A program made the translations under genes and the position numbers. Under the pieces are notes generated by a model. The model was given only the letters and a program-made list of their open reading frames with translations. It did not search any database and was not told the DNA's origin. Positions 13,316 to 26,457 of a stretch of DNA of 64,000 nucleotides are shown in pieces (the stretch's first letter is position 1; every line of letters begins with the position of its first letter). The stretch is from Chrysomallon squamiferum (Eukaryota > Animalia > Mollusca): NCBI GenBank assembly GCA_012295275.1, contig CM022677.1, positions 12,772,001-12,836,000 on the forward strand, read 5' to 3'.

Positions 13316-13952
13316 AATAAACGGTGTTGTTATTTTTTTTTACCTATTTTTTCTTTCTTCTTCTTAATTTATCTTAATGCACCACATAAAATCACAAAGC
13401 TTAGAACTCACACTACAATACGTTGCTAATTATTGTCCAGGAATTTACCAAGGTTTTATATAGGTCTGAAAACATTGTCTTAAAAAAGAAAGAAATAATA
13501 ATATAATATAAAATAAAAATTTACAACTATGGCAACTCAGAGAGATTGGAAATAAATAATCATTTTCCTTTGTTTTATCTGCATTGCATTTTAAACTGTG
13601 TAGTCTTTGTAAGCTATCGCATATATGAAAACTGTGTATGCGTTAAAACAACAAATAATCCCATCAAACAATTCATAATGGCACTACATTTAAAGTTTAT
13701 TTCTCTTATAACAAAAATGTGTGTGTACGTGTGTGTGTGTGTGTGTGTGCGATCAATGTTTGAACCTATTCTGACATCTATTATCAATAACAAAGTAGAA
13801 ACTAATCAAATGAAGGGTGTATTCACCTTTTCGGGTGTCTTTTCCTGGAGTGCTGAAATGTTAAATAAAAACATATGAAAGTAAATATGTTTTAATATAT
13901 TTCTTAAATTTCCATTGTTACCACATAACATTTCTTTTGATTATTAATATTA

Positions 13953-13983
<31 letters not shown>

Positions 13984-15367
13984 TGAACTGTATTAAGGAG
14001 TGATTAATGTGAATCAAGTGAAAAGTGACACAACGTAATGCAATAATCAGTCAAGACAAATACATTTATGTTGTTAAATGTCTAAGTACATGAAGATTAA
14101 CAATGATAAAATATTTTATTACAATATATGTCTACTGTGTTAGCGTCTGTAAAAATAAAAACTTCAAAACAAGGGTAAATAAATAAATAATAATAACAAC
14201 AATAAAATAATAAAAACGACACAAACACAGAGATACCTGAACTAACATTTATTTTTGTAATAACAACAAACAGAAAGTAAAAAAGATATGTACTTAAGTA
14301 AGAAAAAAGAGAGTTCCGTGTGACTGACTCAGGGTTGGATTTAATGTGCTTGCCTCCCATAGGCTAAAGAAAGTTTACCGCCTCCCCCTCTAGGCTCAAG
14401 TCCCCCTCACCCTTCCCTCTTAATATGAATGGTTATAACTTATGATCTAGTTCAAAGTAAAAACCTGGTTTTACATTCACATAATGATTTATTTATAAAT
14501 CTAATGTGAAAATACGAGTTTATTGCGCTTTTCAGCCATTGACTTCAATGTAAAAATGACGAAACCGTTTTCAACTAAAGATTTCCAGTGACGTAGAAAG
14601 ATCCGCGGGAAATATAAATATGTCGACTAAACAGACATATCTCAGATCTATCTTGAGAAAAGGTCAAACCGAGCGTTGGGCCTATAATTCCCACAAATAT
14701 CTGTAACTACCGTCAATGTTTTCACACACACACACTCACGCACAGTCATACACGGAGTCGGTTTTAAGCCAATATATATGTATATATATCATGATCATAA
14801 TCAGGTTAATGTGAAAAAGTAGTACAATAATTCTTCTAGTACTTCAAATAGTATATTATTTGTTTTAAGAGACAACTCTAGGTCTTATTTAAGAAGCTTT
14901 CCAAGACAACTTAGAAATGTAATATGTGTAATTATCAGCATAATTTTTAATCAACATTATATTATGTATACATAAACTCATTTTATAAAATATGAATTAA
15001 CGTTATGTTCCTTGTGAAATTAGGCGGGCCACTCAGACATCCGCGATTGAAAAAGACTGAAAGGATTAAATGAGTAAACACGCAAAAGAAAATGTAAAAC
15101 AAAATACAGAATAAAAAAATGATATATAGAAGCGACAGAATGAAACAAAGCAAATATAATTAGATTGAAAGAACGAAAGCATAAAAGAACGAGAGACAGA
15201 ATTAAATATGATAATAAATAAATAAAATAAAATAAAATAAAATATAATCGACTGCTTGGAGAAAAAGTATTTCAAACGTCATGGGCATGTAATTTATAAA
15301 TTTTTGTTCAGGTTGACTGAACTCATTGTATTTATTTGTTTAACTTTCTTTTCTTCTTTTTGGTTTC

Positions 15368-15370
<3 letters not shown>

Positions 15371-15456
<86 letters not shown>

Positions 15457-15815
15457 GCACTGTTTATTATAAACTTAGCTCGCTTTGCTGGTACAGGGAA
15501 ATATGTTCACGAATGAAGAGCTACCAAACACATGTACACACACACATTCACACACACAAACACACACACATTCACACACACATGTACACACACACATGTA
15601 CACACACAAACACACACACACATTCACACACACATACACACACACATTCACACACACATGTACACAAACACATGTACACACACAAACACACACACATTCA
15701 CACACACATTCACACACACATTCACACACACAAACACACACACATTCACACACACATGTACACAAACACATGTACACACACAAACACACACACACATTCA
15801 CACACACATACACAC
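15371..15815. repeat. (CT)n followed by composite CA-rich minisatellite
   Basis: (CT)n at 15371-15453, then repeated cacacacattca/catgtaca units. Explains the overlapping HT/CV ORFs. Confidence 0.95.
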
Positions 15816-16160
15816 AGAGGGATTTGTGGTTTATCTTTAAAAAACAACAACCGCGCGGTCACAGCTAACAGTCGACATCCGAATAAACCATAATTTACAA
15901 TGGAGAAACAACAGCAACGATACTAACAACAACTACAACATAAACTAGTTCTGGATAAATCGCTAGATCTGATTTCACAAATAAAATATTTAAAACGGAG
16001 GACAAACGAAGAAACAAAGGCATATAAATATTAATTAATATTCTTTAGATACTTCAGTGCCTGTTTGACCATCTGCTTCAAAGCATGCACGCACAAAAAC
16101 ACGCGCGCTCACAGACACACAGACACACACACACGCACACACACAGAAATATGTATGCAC

Positions 16161-16260
16161 CAGAGCTGTAACGATTACCACGATACAGAATCGTATTGTG
16201 ATACAAAGGCCCCGATACGATACATCGATTCGGGAAGGATGTTTCCCGATACAATATGAC
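16161..16260 (+). mobile_element. hAT-like transposon terminus with CGATA subterminal motifs
   Basis: cagagctgtaacgat start followed by repeated cgatac/atcg motifs; CpG-rich against an AT-rich background. No partner TIR identified. Confidence 0.35.
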
Positions 16261-16633
16261 ATTTTAATAATTTTTGGTATGGAGTTGATGAAGATATTTA
16301 CATACAATGAAAACGTAACATCCACGTTTCGCCGCTGTAATTCCCGAACATTCAGGTTACTATTAACAGTCCTCGAGGTTGCTGTCGTCACGTAACCTGA
16401 ACACATCATCTCATGGCATGGAGGACAAGAGCACATTTATTTATTTTTTTAATATTTTTCATGAAATTTACTTTTCAGAAAGATTAATATGTTCCATTAT
16501 ACACGAAATCGGTTGATTTATTATCTCAGAATAACCTAATATATATTTTATAACAGTCCCATAGGACTCTTTTTTATTTCTACAGTTTAAAATGCGGCGG
16601 CTCTCTCAGTTTTGCCTTCAGTGAATTAAATAT

Positions 16634-16668
<35 letters not shown>

Positions 16669-17382
16669 TGATTAATTGTTGTTGCTGTTGTTGTTGTTGT
16701 TATTATTACTATTATTATTTTATTTTATTTATTTATTTTTCTTTATTTTATTATTCTTTTTTCTTTTTTGTACATTTTATTTAACATATTTTACGTTTGA
16801 ACGTTAGATGCATTTTTAAAAGTAATTACAGTAGTATTACTGAATTTTAACGTGGATAAAACGTCATAGGCTGCCACTTTTAAAAAAGAAAAGAAAAAAC
16901 TGAGATGTGCCTAACAAGTCTCAATAACTTTCTTCACACATGTATCTTAATTTTCCAGTGTTAAGTATTTTAAATATTTAGTGGTAAAACGTTAAAAAGA
17001 TGTTTAGTTTGAAACTATATATGTATACAAATATGTGTGTATGTATGTATGTATGTACGTATGTATGTATGTATGTATTATGTATGTATATATGCATATG
17101 TATGTATGTGTGTATGTGTATGTTTGTTAATTGAAAGAAGTACAAGATCTTGTAATAGAAACAAATCAGACGTCATATTGGATGTTAATGATTCGCTGTG
17201 TTTGATTGTACCGAGCATTCAGTTATGTGTGTTCTATTTTTATTTATTTACTTATTTGTGTGTGTGTGTGCGCGCGCCCATGTATTTGCATATTGCTTCG
17301 TTTAGTTTTCATTTTACGTTTAAAATTAAAATAATTTAACAATATAAAAAAAACACGGGTATTTTGTTTTTATTCTACTTTA

Positions 17383-17421
<39 letters not shown>

Positions 17422-18492
17422 CTTAGTAGTATTTTAAGTACAAAATAAGAACGTTTAAGGGGTTTTAAAAAATATTCGGTGCGTGTTTTCTCTCCTTAAC
17501 TTTCAAATCTGGCTACGCCTCTGATGGGTGCTGAGGATATAAAATAGACTTAAGTTTACAATCTTCATGTTCATAACTTGACAAACCGTATATACGTTTT
17601 ACTAAGGCAAATACTGATTACACTATTTCTAAGATACATAATTACACGCCAGTCCTGATAGAATTAGTTCGTGAAAACAACGAATGATGCTGCCCTGTTG
17701 AAATAAAAATGCAAGAACAAATTCACGTAATTTGTATTATTATTTTTTTTTTTTATACTCCTTTACTGAACATTAACTTAAACAAATACAATGAAACAAA
17801 TAAAAGACCGGAAGCACACTTTCAATCGTTTGGGTTGTCAGATATTGTGCAAAATAAACTGACGTCGAAATATTAAAATTCTCTGGTTGTCGTTCCTGAC
17901 TAATAACAAGATAAGAAGATGTCTGAACAAGTTTGTAACATGAAAAATAATAAGAGAAACCAAAAATAATTGTCTTTGGAAAGTGAAATGTAGACGCCAA
18001 CTTGAGCATGGTATAATATCTAAGTTTATATATTTTATCCACGTTAACTGAATTCTTAGCAGAGATATTGGACATTACCGATATCGAAACAATTTATTAT
18101 GTCTAGTATAAATATAAAGATTTAAACTCAGTAAAAACTTAGATTGTTTACAATATTATCATATATGGATATAGAAAATAATATAACATATCGATTCGGT
18201 CTATGTTATGAAAGGTGGTAGTAAATTTATTTGGAAGAAAAATAAAATATATAAATTCAACAACTTATGTTTAATATTACAATTATTTTATATTTGACTA
18301 TTGACCCTCAAAAGTGTTTACACTGTTGTTGTTTCTTCAATTGACTGTCATTAGCCGTTTAATATAGTTGTTGTTGTTTTTGTTGTGGTTGTTGTCAAAC
18401 ATAAAGAAGAACGCAGATTACCTTATCTATATTTCAGTAACAGTTTTTAAAATAATTCTTAATTATTATTATTATAATTCATTCATTGTCAG

Positions 18493-18532
<40 letters not shown>

Positions 18533-18875
18533 TAAATTTGGTATATTGATAATAATAATAATAATCAAAATCATCATCATTTAATTTTTTATTTTAAATT
18601 TTTTTCATTTGGTTTCTGTAATTTGTATTATTTCTTCATTTTGTTGCTATTTCAGTAATATTATATTTTATGACATTTTATTATTTTTCTTTTTTCTATA
18701 ACTTATTCATTTAATTTATTTGCATTATGTATTTTAAATACATATATATATACCTGAGTGTGTGTGTGTATGTATGTGTGGATATATACATATACTATCT
18801 TAATTCTTCAGAGCGAGCTGTTGTGAAGCACGTCTATGATGGGCAAGCTTTCTGAGAAGTCAGTGGGTGTGTCTG

Positions 18876-21427
18876 TCACACAAAAGAGTTTTGGGTAAGG
18901 AAAGAGAGTGGGTTCTCGTTACGATTGCAGGACACAAGGGAGTGTCCAGCATATCGGATCGTAACGAGTCGGTTCCGATGTTTCGTAGACGATATCTGCT
19001 CCTTGTTGTTTCCGCCACTTGTCTGGCTTGTTGAAGGTCTCCTATTCATCATAGGGTCCGTGTTGGTTGCGTCCTGTTTGTTTGTTCTCTTCTCGGCTGC
19101 TGTAGATGTTTCCTTGTTCTTTTTGACTGCTTCCCTCTGGTCCAACAATTCCAAACTTATTATTTTTTGTTTTGCCATTGGTATTTTTATTGATTTAAAA
19201 GATGCTGTAAACACCTGTAACTAAAAAGAATAAGAACATGAATGTAGTTAACTTATTTACATTTTATTTTATTTATTGATTTTTTTTTTTTATTTTAATT
19301 TAAAAGATGTTATAAATGGTGTATATGTATAATTATGATACCTAGATTAAACAAATTAGTTGGGTTTTGCCTTGATGCTCATGGAAAGGCTCACATATAA
19401 CAAGAAAAACAACAAACTTAATGATACTATTGAAAAAAAAAATTAATATATAAGAAAATGATATAAATATGGTATCATTTTCTTATAAAAATTATGTCAA
19501 TTCTTTATGTGCCTGCATTTATGTGCCTGCACATATATATATATATATATATATATCAATATCAACATATATATATATATATCAACAAAATAGAAAATAA
19601 ACTCAGCAAATAAAGCATAAAATCAATTTATTTAGCAGACTTTAAAAAAAAAAACCAAAACAGGTGTCTAGATTAATTTTTAATACTAGCTCCTGTTAAA
19701 TAATGTAATTAATTATCCAATGTAATAATTTAAAACAGGTGAAAAAATAAGTAAACAAGTAACAGCTTTTTACAATATTTTGTTACTTGTTTATTATGCA
19801 CATGTAATTTGACCTTATCAGTATTATGTTTTTTATAGGCATTTTTGATTAATTAATTTTTATATTTGCTACAATTTTGCTGTTGAATTTGGCTTTTTTA
19901 CTTCATTGTTACTGATTCTTGGTAAAAATAAAAAAGATATCAAATTGTTTTCAGGGTGTTTTTATTTTAAATTGTATTTGCTTTCTTTCTTTATTTCATG
20001 TTTTAACACTATAAACAGTCTTATCAAAAGAGTGTTATTTCCCTTATGTTATGAAAATTATTATCCATGGTCAGTTGCTCATAATATCATAATAATAATA
20101 ATAATAAAAATAAATAAATAAATAAAATAAATAAATAAACCAGTGATAACAATAACCAAACTAATAATAATTAAAATAATAATAATAAAAATATTACTGG
20201 TAACTAAAACTAAGACAAATGAAAAATAAATAATGTTAATTGTTAATACTAAAACAGGTTTATTTCTGATTCAAATAAACGTAATTTTATTTTATTTTAT
20301 TTTATTTTTTATTTTTATTTTTTATCTACATGTTGGGGTTTTGATTAAAACAAAACAGGACAAATTACAAAATAAAACTGGAAGTAAACTTCGTGAAGCT
20401 AATAAATGTACAAATTTGGTTCCAAGAATTTATTAAATTGTAATTCAATTCTCAATATATAAATAATATTTACTGGAAAAGTAAAATGTATTCTTAAATA
20501 TTAATCAAAAGGAAACATAGAACTATATATATATAGAAGCAAATACAAATTTCCAGTCACCGAAATGTTAAGGATTATCAGTGAATGAAAGCTATTACAT
20601 TTTACTAGTTAAAATACATTTTAAATGGAATAACAAGTGTTGCTATCAAATATTTATTTCATGGAAGACTCAAAAATGATAACTATTGTGCATGTACATA
20701 CATGTGTGCATTTGTATATATGTGTGTGTGAGTTGTGTTTGTGAATAAAAAGCACTCATTGACACACAAATATACAGACACATACAAAGAAAAACATTTA
20801 TATAAATTTCTTTATTAGTATAAATCTACTGTGTTGTAATATCAGTTATACAGAAAATTATATTAAACTGTATTTATTACTAATTTCATCTCATGCAAAT
20901 CAAGCAATATTAATTTAAATTCAAAAGTAATAACATCAAATAAATAATATTAAATATGATAAACTACAATAATGACAATAATAAATTAATAATAAATTAA
21001 TAAATCAAGCAGTTTTATTAAAGATTCTATTAATATTACTGGAACTAAACTAAGACCTGCTATATATATACATATATATATATATATACAACAATTATTA
21101 CAATAAATACTTTTTAAAAGTCACCTAAATGATAATAAAATATTGTGAGACAATTTAAATTCGTTTTTATTTTATTTATTCTTCATTAAGTGATGCTGAA
21201 GATGCATAAAACATAAGAAATTTGGAAATGGAGGACGTACCAGTTTCAATGTATATCATATTTCTGAACTAGAACTAACTCGCAATAGCTCAATGGAAAT
21301 CTTTTTTTAAAACATTTTAATAAATTTATAAATTTCACACTAGTATACACGTGCAAAACATACTTACTGTTACAAAGCGAGTTTTCAGATTGATAAAGAA
21401 ATCATCGAATATGAAAACATTCAGCAT
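18876..21427 (-). CDS. Putative two-exon orphan gene, ~132 aa (exon 1 21427-21368, exon 2 19214-18876); may be frameshifted near the 3' end
   Basis: ATG...ACA|gtaagt donor and ctttttagttacag|GTG acceptor are both phase 0, giving MLNVFIFDDFFINLKTRFVT-VFTASFKSIKIPMAKQKII...NSFV*. Exon 2 has elevated GC, and its 3' region has a paralog at ~32.0-32.15 kb. Confidence 0.45.
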
Positions 21428-21744
21428 GATAATTATAGCTTCACCCGTCTTCTCGGTTTCGGTCTATCAAACATTAGTTCTATTTCTGTCGCTGGAGAGC
21501 AGCGTCTTCGTAGCTTTAGGAAATGGTGAGGTTAATATGCTATTATCTGTCTAATTATACTGATAATTAATCCTCTCATTATTAATATATTCTGCTGTAT
21601 AGCAAATAATTATATTGTCAATATCTCACTAATTAAAACTGCATAACCCCGTTCAAATAAAGTAAATAAAGAAAACAGTCTCATTATCATTCGTATAAAC
21701 TTTACCACGTATTATAAAAAATATAATATTATAATGATAATACC

Positions 21745-21799
<55 letters not shown>

Positions 21800-21808
<9 letters not shown>

Positions 21809-22200
21809 CGCCGTCATTACCATCGGTGTACTTCTTATTTGTTTGCTTTTTATTAACTATTATTCGTACTTTTTTAGTGTTCAGAGGCATTATTACAATT
21901 TCTATTAATATCACCATCATAACGGCTTTGTTCCTAGCTTTTTTGGAGTAATTATAATTTTTCTTTAGCGCTTTTTATTAATTATTCCTCATACTTTCTG
22001 AGTCGGCGCATCACCTATTAAAATATATTATTGTAAGTTCTATTGATGTCGCCGTCGTTGACGTCGTAACGGCTTGTTACTAACGTTATTACAGAACTCC
22101 TCATTATTCCTTTTCTTTTTTTATTCACTGTCATTCTATATGAAAATATATTATTATTGTTTATTAATGTCGTCGTCACTACCGTCGTAACAGTAACGTT
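21800..22200. repeat. Degenerate tandem repeat, ~120-bp period
   Basis: Recurrent attRatgtcgYcgtc...cgtaac cores at ~21802, 22043 and 22163. Confidence 0.5.
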
Positions 22201-22209
22201 TGCTTAAGA

Positions 22210-22980
22210 ATTAAGGTTGCGGAATTGGGCAGGATTAGGTCCAGAAGTTGGGCTAGGGTTCGGGTTTGGGTTGTTTAAAGTTTATTACGATTATTATAAT
22301 AGAGTTAGTACTAGTGTTCCCTTTAGAATTAAGTTTAACGACTTCGTTAGGGTTATTTTTAGATCCCGGAAGCACGGGCTGTCAGACAGCTTGTGAAGGT
22401 ACCAGAACCAAGTTAAAACGTTTAGAGAAAGCACTATGGTGGATGGACGTAGGGCTAGAAGTTGGGCTAGGATTAGGGTTAGGGCTAGGGTTAGAGTTAT
22501 GGTTAGTGTTAGGGTGAGGATTATTTAAAGTATATTATGTGTCTTATGATAATCTGCAAACTGTTTTATGATCAGCGTTAGTACTAGTGTTAGAATTAGA
22601 ATTAAGTTTAACGAGTTCGTTAGGTCTAGGTTTAGAGTTAGCGCTAGAGTCTTAGGTAGGGTTAGGGTTATGGTTAATATTAGTTTTAGGATTAGGATGA
22701 GGCTTAGAGATGGTGTTAGCATCAGAATTAAGTTCAGCCCCTTTGTTTGCGTTACGTTTAGGATTAGTGTTAGGGTTAGGGCTTAGGGTTAGGGTTTGAG
22801 TTAGGGGTTGGGTTAGGGGTAGGGTTAGGGTCAGGAATATTTAACTTTTGTTATCAGTGATACGATAATGTGCAAAATAATTATAGAGTCACCATTAGGA
22901 GGAGCGTTAACGTACGAATCCAACTTGGGAAGGATTAGGTTTAGAAGTTGTGCTAGGGTTAGGCTTAGGGGTAGGGTTAC
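22210..22980 (+). repeat. Degenerate interstitial (TTAGGG)n-like tract
   Basis: Many TTAGGG/CTAGGG/TTAGGA/TTAGAG hexamers, e.g. ttagggttagggcttagggttaggg at 22770-22794, interleaved with unique sequence. Confidence 0.8.
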
Positions 22981-22984
22981 GCTC

Positions 22985-24860
22985 ATACCCTTGATGACCA
23001 GCTTCATCGTGTAATCGATTTTTCACGTAATGCCTGAGGCAAAATTAATTGGTATAGCGTATTGCGCTCGTGTTGGATGACACGATACCAAATGTTACAC
23101 AATTGGTTTATTTTCTCCCATTGCCTCATCAAGAGATCAAGTTTGAGCTTCGACTGTCAAAAGAAATAACCACTACTCGACCATCTTGCTCTTGAGATAG
23201 AACAGCTCCCAAACTCTGAAAACCTGCATCAGTCTCATCAATGAAAGGTTTCTGGAAGTCAGAGTAGCCTAAGCTTGGAATTGTAGTCAGCTAAACTGTT
23301 GATGCATTGAAAGCATCGTCACAAGACTGATCCCAGCATTCCTGAAAAGCTTTTCGAGTTTCAGGAACCTTTCTGACAAGTTTTCCTTTCTTTTTCTTGC
23401 CACCACCTATCAGTGAATGCAGGGGTGCAGCTATGTTGGTAAAACTCTTTTTGAACCTTCGATAGTAGCTGGTAAATCCAAGAAATGACCTCAGTTGTCT
23501 TGTTGGTATTTTCCACTGTTTGACACCTGAAACCTTATCAGAAATACCCGTCTCTGAAACAACATGACCAAGATACCTAACCTCCTTTTTAAGCAAATGA
23601 CACGTGTAGCCTACCAAATACCATTTCTAGCCTTTGGTCCATTTCGTCGAAGGTGCGTCCAGACACAAGAATGACTTCTAGGTATACTATCAGAGACTGA
23701 AGACTGTCTTCTCCCAGGCAAACCTGCATTAGCCATTAGACTACTCTGATTAAATAAACCCATGGATATCCTGGTATATTAAAAAAAAAAAAAAAAAGAC
23801 GAACCAGCGCGAAATGCAGTCTTGGGAATGTCTTCCTCTTCCTCTTCACTGAAGAAATCCATGTGCTAGATCGATGGAAGAGAAATACTTGGCGCCTTTC
23901 AATGTCTCAAGTGCTTCATCTCACGCTGATCTTTGATATCGCGAATCCAGTCCTCCACGTTAAAGTCCGATCCCGGCTTACCTTGAAACTGCCCGATATG
24001 GTGCTCGCTCCTGTGTCACCAAACATTATTTGTGGCAGAATATGAGCAGAGGATTAACGTTATAATCTTTTAGACTCGTTATGTCTCGTACTTCTAATCG
24101 AATCTGAACGAATCTGATTCTCTTTGGCCTGCTCCCTAAACTGGGAATCGGGGTTTTGAAAATCTCGTCTAAGCTGTTCATAGCTGTCTAATCCTTCTTC
24201 CGTTTGCGACATCTTCCTTTGAAAACCATCTCAAAACTACAGCAACACTTTACTTAAAAATCGACTTAAAGATTTATGAAAAGCGTAAAATTTGATCTTA
24301 CTAGACTTCAATGACTATAAAAGAGAAGATAATTTGACATATCGTTTAACTGTCTGATGTGAACATGCTTTTAGTTATTTATTTCTCCAAAAGCTCCATA
24401 TTAACTTATAAACTATTATTCACTGGAATATAAAATAATATTTTACACAATCCCAACTACAGGTAGACTGAAGAAATTTTTACTAATGGTTATAACATAC
24501 ATATACTGAACTTTACTGAATACTGAAAATAAATGTAAATGTTCTTGGATCAATTTGGATCAATTTAGTAACCCTCTTCAGTTGGGAATCTCGTGTCGTC
24601 AACCATGTAGTCTCGCATAATCGTCAACATCAAATTTTGTCTATGCCTGGTCACGTGAGCCCATTGGCCGTCTTTCACTTAATTTCTAAATGTCCGGGTT
24701 CAGTCCTAATTGCCTTAAAATCCCACTTCTGACGCGAGAGTGTAACTGGGCGGTGAGGGGAAGCAAACGGATCTCTTAGCTAGCTGTACGTATAATATAT
24801 ATTCGTAATATATATGACTGTCTAAACAAAGGGCTTTAATATTAGGTAATTTCTGCTACA
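22985..24860 (-). mobile_element. Degenerate Ty3/Gypsy LTR retrotransposon (PBS, gag relic, RT-RNase H)
   Basis: KEVRYLGHVVS...LRSFLGFTSYYRRF...IAAPLHSL (RT thumb), F.IDETDA (RNase H start), KTAF near 23815. PBS-like cgcgtcagaagtgggat (tRNA-Leu type, cf. tggtgtcagaagtgggat) directly after an LTR-end TTACA at ~24741. Confidence 0.8.
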
Positions 24861-24899
24861 GCAGTGTTAACATTTACAATATGGTAACTGTGGCATCTC

Positions 24900-25879
24900 C
24901 AAGGAGGAGAAACAGATTCATAAAACAAATCATAATAAAAATTCTAGAGTTGGAGAACAAAAAACATGAAGCCAGTACGAAAAAAACAAAAAGAACAGAA
25001 AACAAACAACACCAGTGTCGCCACCTTCTCTAGCAAGTGTTTCAGGTCCTGCAATGTCCAAGACCTAAGTGCAGTCTTTGCCTTAAATTCCAGGCTGCAA
25101 TTGCCATATGTGGTAATGTCACATGACCGACCATACAGTTGCCACTGCTAACGAAAGCTCCCAATAGGAGGCAGTCATCTTAATCTATCTTGTAGCACTT
25201 ACTTTAAACCGATGAAGTTGTCCTCAAGTATTAATAATACAGAGTTATGGTCATCAGCTTCTGATAGTGCTTCAAAAGCTGCCGCCTTTTCATGCACTGG
25301 AACGAATGCAATTCCAACTGACGGATCAGTAAAGCAAAATCTTCATCAGTATTGTAACGAACTGCTAGACTAATGAGTTGAACTTGGCGCCAGATGAAAG
25401 AAGAATCCAGACACAGTTCAGTTCAGCTTTACAAGCGTGTTGTCTTCTTCCTTCACACTCGTAAGAAGTCACTGCACCACTGAGTTCCTTCTGTCGGACA
25501 TACACATAGTTTTCGAACGCAAGTTTTGGATGACCATACTCTGACGCTATGACCTTATATACTGTCTCATTCGTCTTAATTATTGATCAGTTGCCACATC
25601 AAAGGAATCTTTAGCATTTAATTAACCTGAATTAGTAATTAGCTGACTGTCGTTAGCTTTGGTGTTAGATGATTTTTAATAATGTTTCAGCAGACGTTTT
25701 AGCAGATCAAAGTAATCCAAATGCCTCTGATCAAGTTCAATTAGTAATTAGCTGACTCTAGGTAGCTTTGACGAATTTATTGCAATTTTGCTTAAAAATA
25801 ACTTTGAAAGGTATATTTGAAGAAAAATGGGGGCAATTGTGCTTAGGGGCAGTGTCCAGGGGGCAATTGACCTGATACC
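24900..25879 (-). mobile_element. Internally deleted Mutator-like (MULE) element with FLYWCH domain and one TIR
   Basis: YKVIASEYGHPKLAFENYVYVRQKELSGAVTSYECEGRRQHACKA (FLYWCH-like), fused to FFHL...RYNTDEDFALLIR...IAFVPV...LEDNFIG (MULE transposase C-half). TIR-like GGTATCAGGTCAATTGCCCCCTGGAC... at 25879-25829. Confidence 0.7.
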
Positions 25880-26457
25880 ATAAAAAAAGCTGTTCATGAA
25901 TGTAAATGAACTTGCTTTAGCAATTCTGATAATGATCAATGACTTGACTATGGTAATTAGTGTTATTAAACAGTTTTATAAACACAAGAATCTTTGTTTT
26001 GGGGAAACATTCAAATTTTAATAATTGTTTTCATTTGTTTAGATATTCTGAATAAATATCCCAAAACATCCATGTTTGAAGCTTGTTGACAACGGTGAAC
26101 AAATCATGAATGTGCTAGGAGACTTGTTACCATTGAGAAAGTAAAACATTACTCAGTAAGGAAACATTATTATTATCATTTCTATTTTTTGTTACGTTCA
26201 CTTTAGCTGATGCCAAACGCAATCTCTTTTTCTAAAATCTTATATCTAGTACAAATTAATGCTAAATGCAAGCTTAATCTAAGAAAGCTGAATGCAAAAG
26301 TAAACTTGTTTTATTTCAGCATAGAAATTGTTTCACACATAAGATTGTGAACTGGAAATCTGAAACTTAATATAATTATAATCATAAGCGCTAACAGGTT
26401 TTACATGTGAACTGTCATGTTATTTAAAACTGACTGATTAGCTGACAACAATACTGA

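Noticed and set aside
11480-14500. Parvoviral NS1/Rep gene or terminal hairpins upstream of the capsid
   Set aside because: No HUH or Walker A (GxxxxGK[ST]) motif and no long hairpin seen; the region is MITE-like and low complexity.
15256-15893. His/Thr-rich and Cys/Val-rich ORFs (also 7.8-8.6, 37.7-38.0, 55.4-56.5 kb)
   Set aside because: Translations of CT/CA/TG microsatellites.
22210-22980. True telomere
   Set aside because: Highly degenerate, internal, and flanked by ordinary sequence on both sides.
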